From Nitrospiraceae bacterium (lineage in GTDB: Bacteria; Nitrospirota; Nitrospiria; Nitrospirales; Nitrospiraceae): a DNA stretch of 64,000 bases. The notes beneath the pieces were generated by a model that was not told the origin of the DNA, made no database searches, and saw nothing but the letters and a program-made list of their open reading frames with translations. Below, piece after piece: positions 60,208 through 64,000 of this stretch (position 1 is its first letter; every line of letters begins with the position of its first letter). Location of the stretch: NCBI GenBank assembly GCA_050246315.1, contig JBFWWG010000001.1, forward strand, positions 32,001 through 96,000. The letters run 5' to 3'. Both the position numbers and the translations under genes were made by a program.

Positions 60208-61458
60208 TGTAATCCCAAAATGATAATGTCCGCTGTCATCAAGATAGAAATGTCCTCTTCATTGATAGACTCACGGCCCTCAGTCAGAAGGAGGGCGGGA
60301 TGGTCGGAGCGGACAGGGTGACGATGAGCGGCAAAGAATTGCAACGGGTGCAGGTGATCCGTCAGGTGATGGACAAGCAGCTCACGCAGGTGAAGGCCGG
60401 GGCATCGTTGGGACTGACGACGCGGCAGGTGCGGCGCCTGCTCAAGCGAGTGCAGGCCGAAGGTGCTGCAGGGCTGGTGCATCGGGGGCGCGGACGGGCG
60501 TCCAATCGACGGATTCCGGAGAAGGTCAAAGTGAAGGTGCTGCGGCTGTACCGGACGCAGTATGGAGACTTTGGGCCGACCTTGACGGCAGAGAAGCTGG
60601 CCGAGCGCCATCGGTGTGTCCAGATGGCGTATGTCGACAATGCGAGTAGTCGCGTCTTTGCCCGATTCTATAAGTACGAGGGCACGATCCCGGCTATGGA
60701 CAGCTTCCATCGGTACTTTCGGCAACAGGGGATCCCGCTGGCCATCTATGCGGACAAGCATACGACCTACCAGTCGCCGGCTGAGCCCACGGTGGCGGAG
60801 CAGTTGGCTGGGGAGGACCCCCAGAGTCAGTTCGGACGGGCACTGCACGAGCTCGTGGTCGAGCTGATTCCGGCGCATTCGCCGCAGGCCAAGGGGCGGG
60901 TGGAGCGGCTGGTTAAAGCGTTTCAGGATCGACTGGTCAAGGAGTTGCGCCTCGCACGGATTGCGAGCCTCGAGGCGGCGAACCGATTCCTGGAGGGCTA
61001 TCTGCCGGTCTACAACCGCCGCTTCGCGGTGCGGCCGACGCAGGCCGCCGATCTGCATCGGCCGCCTCCACACGGCCGAGAGCTGGCGGCTATCCTTTGC
61101 CTCAAGACGACCCGCTGCCTGCGCAACGACTTCACGATCGCCCACCAGGGACAGCTCTATCAGATTCACGACACCGTCCGAGCGACCTACGTGCAGGTCG
61201 AAGAGCGGTTGGATGGGACGCTGCAGCTAACCCATCAGGGCCGACGACTCGCCTATCACATCATTGCGGCGCGGCCCCGGAAGCAGAGGGGGGAGGGCAC
61301 ACCACTTCCCTCGCCCCGGCGCCCGCTGAGGCCGCGGCTGGATCATCCATGGCGCAGACGACTGTTGCCGGAACGAGGACAACGCGCGGGAACGGCCACT
61401 CCATAAACCGGACATTTCTACTTTGAGAGAACGCGGACATTTCTATTTTGGATTGACA
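60208..61458 (+). mobile_element. IS1202-type (formerly ISNCY) insertion sequence, defective
   Basis: TGT...ACA ends with doubled AATGTCC/GGACATT motifs; flanking direct repeats TTCCAGACAATCTCAG / TTCCAGGCAATCTCAG. Confidence 0.88.
60300..61406 (+). pseudogene. DDE transposase with an in-frame internal deletion
   Basis: HTH, DFGPTL, YADKH, SPQAKGRVERL and HPWRR are present; the segment carrying the first catalytic Asp is missing at ~60611. Confidence 0.75.
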
Positions 61459-61542
61459 TTCCAGGCAATCTCAGTTGACTTCGCGTGCTCGACCGGAGAG
61501 ACTGCCACCTCACCAATCTTCTCACGACACGATACTCTGGAA

Positions 61543-61995
61543 ATGTGGGTACGGTATCTCAATGCGCTCTTCGGCAGCCTCGTGCTCACGATGGGCCTGT
61601 GGATCGTTGTCGGAGACATGTCCGTGTCCGCTACCATCGCCCTTTGTGGGTTCATCGCGGGTGCGCTCGGGCGGTTCTGTTCCAACAGTATGACCATCTG
61701 GGCCTGGACCACCCTGTTTTTCGGGGCAGAGAGTCTCGCTTGGCCCATCTCCATGATGATCCGGATCAAGCTGGCCGGCATGGACCCGACTGAACAACAG
61801 ATGCAGGACATTCTGACGGCCATCCTTTTCGGGCTGTTCTCATCGATTTTCTGGTTTACCTTCGCCTACGGTCTATTCAGACGCACATGGACAACAGAAG
61901 GACCCTCTCCATCATCCCCCCAGCCGTTGGGGGACGCTGCCGGCGGCGCTCTCCCCCAACGGCGTCGCCGATCGCAGAAAGGGCAGCGCGCCTGA
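61543..61995 (+). CDS. Hypothetical membrane protein
   Basis: About four hydrophobic helices and a basic tail. Confidence 0.72.
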   Translation: MWVRYLNALFGSLVLTMGLWIVVGDMSVSATIALCGFIAGALGRFCSNSMTIWAWTTLFFGAESLAWPISMMIRIKLAGMDPTEQQMQDILTAILFGLFSSIFWFTFAYGLFRRTWTTEGPSPSSPQPLGDAAGGALPQRRRRSQKGQRA

Positions 61996-62010
61996 CCCGC
62001 ACTCGACCCG

Positions 62011-64000
62011 TTAGCCCAGGTCCACGGGGTCCACATCCACTTCAAACTTGAGGGTGCTGTGTCTTACAAGGCGTAAGAGATCCACGAGCGTCCGGCGCAC
62101 CGATTCTCGAACTTCTACCCCCTCCGTTGTCTTGATCAGCACACGCCATCGGTATCGGCCCCTCAGTCGCGCGACAGAGGCCGGCACCGGACCCAATACA
62201 ACAATCGGAGACCGCACCTGGGAGGAGTCGGCGTGTCCGGAGCCCGACTCCTCCCGCAGACCAACCTCTTTCCGAAACAGCGCGGCCCACTGCTCTGCAA
62301 CTCGGTGAACGGCCAGTTCGTCTCCTCCTGATACTTGCAGCACGATCAGACTGGCAAACGGCGGATAGCCGAGCGTCTTCCGTAGCTCCAATTCCGCATT
62401 CGTGAATAGGTCACGACGGCCTTCGACGATCGCTCGAATGACGTGATGGTGCGACAGGAAGGTTTGGAGGATCACGCGAGCGCTTGCCCCGCCATCGACC
62501 AACGCCACCGCATCCAACAATCCGTGATACGTTCGCTCGGCGGCACGAAAGTCCGGCACATGGAGCCCTGCGTCCGCAAAGGGAAGCCCGAGCAACCCAC
62601 ACCCCCGTGCGAGCGGCTCATGTAGGATCAGTTTCGTCCCAATCAGGACGTCCCAGGACGGAGCTCTCATGGTCTCCGCCGGAAATATCTTCTTCGATCG
62701 CGAACCGACTTCATCTCGATCTCGGCGTAGAATCCGAGCCGAAGGAAAGTGGCGTCGAACCTCTTCTTCGAGCCGCTCAGTACCGAAGCCGATCGCTCGA
62801 AACTCGGTACTCGAACAGGTAAGACACCGGTCTGGGGCAGCGGACCGAGCGCCGCAATACCGGCAGGCTAACAGGCGATCCCGCTGGGAAAACATGAGCG
62901 GCACAGAACAACGCGCGCAGCTCGGCGCGGCGCCGCAGGCTCCACAGGTGAGTGCCGGAGCATACCCTCGTCGATTCACATACAACACCACCCGCTGCCC
63001 AGCAGCCAGGGTCCGGCGCATGCCGTCAAGTAGCGGATCAGACAACACGGAACCGAACGGAGTTTGCGCAAGATCGACCACCTCGATCGCCATGCTCGAT
63101 GGTTCGGCTGGAAAGGACCAACGAGAGCCCTTCAACCTGACCCTTTCTTGCATCTCAAGGGAGGCGTGCCCGCTGACCAACAGCAGGGTAGCCCGATCCT
63201 GCTTGCAGCGATGCCAGACAACCTCACGCGCGTGGTATCGAGGTTCCTGCTCCTCCTTGAACGACGGATTTTCCTCCTCCTCCACGACGACCAGGCCAAG
63301 ACCTCGTAAGGGTGCGAACACCGCCGACCTGGTCCCGACCACCACGGCGACTTCACCCCTCCGGATGCGATGCCAGGTATTCGCACGCGCGACCGGTGCG
63401 AGCCCGCTATGGAGCAGGGCCACCCGAGCCCCCCACTGCGCCATGAGCATATCACCGATCGCGCAAGCCCGGCGGATCTCCGGAGTGATGAATAGACATC
63501 GTCGATTGGCTTCCAAGACCATGCGCGCTGCGGCGACCATCGCTTGTGTCCGTACTTGCTCATCCGCCTCGATCAAGATCGGTGTCCAGGATTGTCGGGT
63601 CACCGATTGCTGGATATCGCGCAAGAGAGGCTCCAACGAAGCCTCGACGGATTTGCCGGCCTCCGCCTGCCAGGCAAGCTGAACTGCCGGTTTGGTCTCA
63701 CCGGCGGCCTGGGTCATACTCTGGTTTACAGGGTCAGACACGGCGGCCTTCACGAGCCCGCGATTCAGCAGCGACACCAGCGTATCCTGTGTCAGGTGCG
63801 GCAGGCTTCGTTTGAGCATTGATAGAGTCTGGCCACGCTTCGAGCCTTTCAATCTCGCGAGGACCTCCGTTTCCAACCTGTTGAGCAAGGCTTGTCTCCT
63901 GGGGCTCGTCCCTCCCTCGAGTGCAAGAACAAATTTCATCTGTAGTGGCCGCAAGGATCTCGGCGGCAGGAGCAACGGCAAACATTGCCCCAACGGAGCC
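62011..64000 (-). CDS. priA: Primosomal protein N' (5' end outside window), ATPase motifs degenerate
   Basis: VVVGTRSAVFAP, PRYHAR, NRRGY, eight-Cys zinc region, GTERLEEE, PDFRAAER, YPPF. Confidence 0.92.
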   Translation of the reverse strand, partial: APLGQCLPLLLPPRSLRPLQMKFVLALEGGTSPRRQALLNRLETEVLARLKGSKRGQTLSMLKRSLPHLTQDTLVSLLNRGLVKAAVSDPVNQSMTQAAGETKPAVQLAWQAEAGKSVEASLEPLLRDIQQSVTRQSWTPILIEADEQVRTQAMVAAARMVLEANRRCLFITPEIRRACAIGDMLMAQWGARVALLHSGLAPVARANTWHRIRRGEVAVVVGTRSAVFAPLRGLGLVVVEEEENPSFKEEQEPRYHAREVVWHRCKQDRATLLLVSGHASLEMQERVRLKGSRWSFPAEPSSMAIEVVDLAQTPFGSVLSDPLLDGMRRTLAAGQRVVLYVNRRGYAPALTCGACGAAPSCARCSVPLMFSQRDRLLACRYCGARSAAPDRCLTCSSTEFRAIGFGTERLEEEVRRHFPSARILRRDRDEVGSRSKKIFPAETMRAPSWDVLIGTKLILHEPLARGCGLLGLPFADAGLHVPDFRAAERTYHGLLDAVALVDGGASARVILQTFLSHHHVIRAIVEGRRDLFTNAELELRKTLGYPPFASLIVLQVSGGDELAVHRVAEQWAALFRKEVGLREESGSGHADSSQVRSPIVVLGPVPASVARLRGRYRWRVLIKTTEGVEVRESVRRTLVDLLRLVRHSTLKFEVDVDPVDLG

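Noticed and set aside
59426..61474. Genomic island integrated at tRNA-Leu(GAG)
   Set aside because: No integrase and no duplicated tRNA 3' end; only an IS insertion nearby.
5539..63682. Long antisense/shadow ORFs (e.g. 5539-6531, 9772-11244, 31249-32445, 58223-59374, 62669-63682)
   Set aside because: They overlap well-supported genes on the opposite strand, as expected at high GC, and show no protein motifs.

Overview
A ~60% GC bacterial chromosomal window, most likely from Nitrospira (inferred from gene content and repeat style, not searched). The left end is an accessory defence block: a type I R-M operon (hsdM-hsdS-[RelE/HigB toxin + XRE antitoxin]-hsdR, with hsdR running off the window) plus toxin-antitoxin debris. 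The rest is mostly core genes: gcvP, a stand-alone sdhA-like flavoprotein, a two-component system with degP, purU, rimO, trmFO-xerC-hslV-hslU-argB, dnaX-ybaB-recR-dksA, tig-clpP-clpX, queE-pepA-nagZ, a partial priA, four tRNAs and the SRP RNA. Intergenic space carries several repeat and mobile-element types: four copies of a modular MITE-like repeat (one with a second MITE nested in it), a 54-bp-period array, an internally deleted IS3, a decayed IS1202-type element with 16-bp target duplications, and a second cluster of TA pseudogenes. The best candidates for new biology are the TA pair coupled inside the R-M operon, a Tat-exported PvdN-like PLP enzyme with no siderophore cluster nearby, a tandem desulforedoxin-like protein with an altered ligand set, a TatA with a second amphipathic module, two PilZ paralogues with a variant motif downstream of clpX, and a PriA lacking its ATPase motifs. 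All family calls come from motif recognition by eye; no database search was run.
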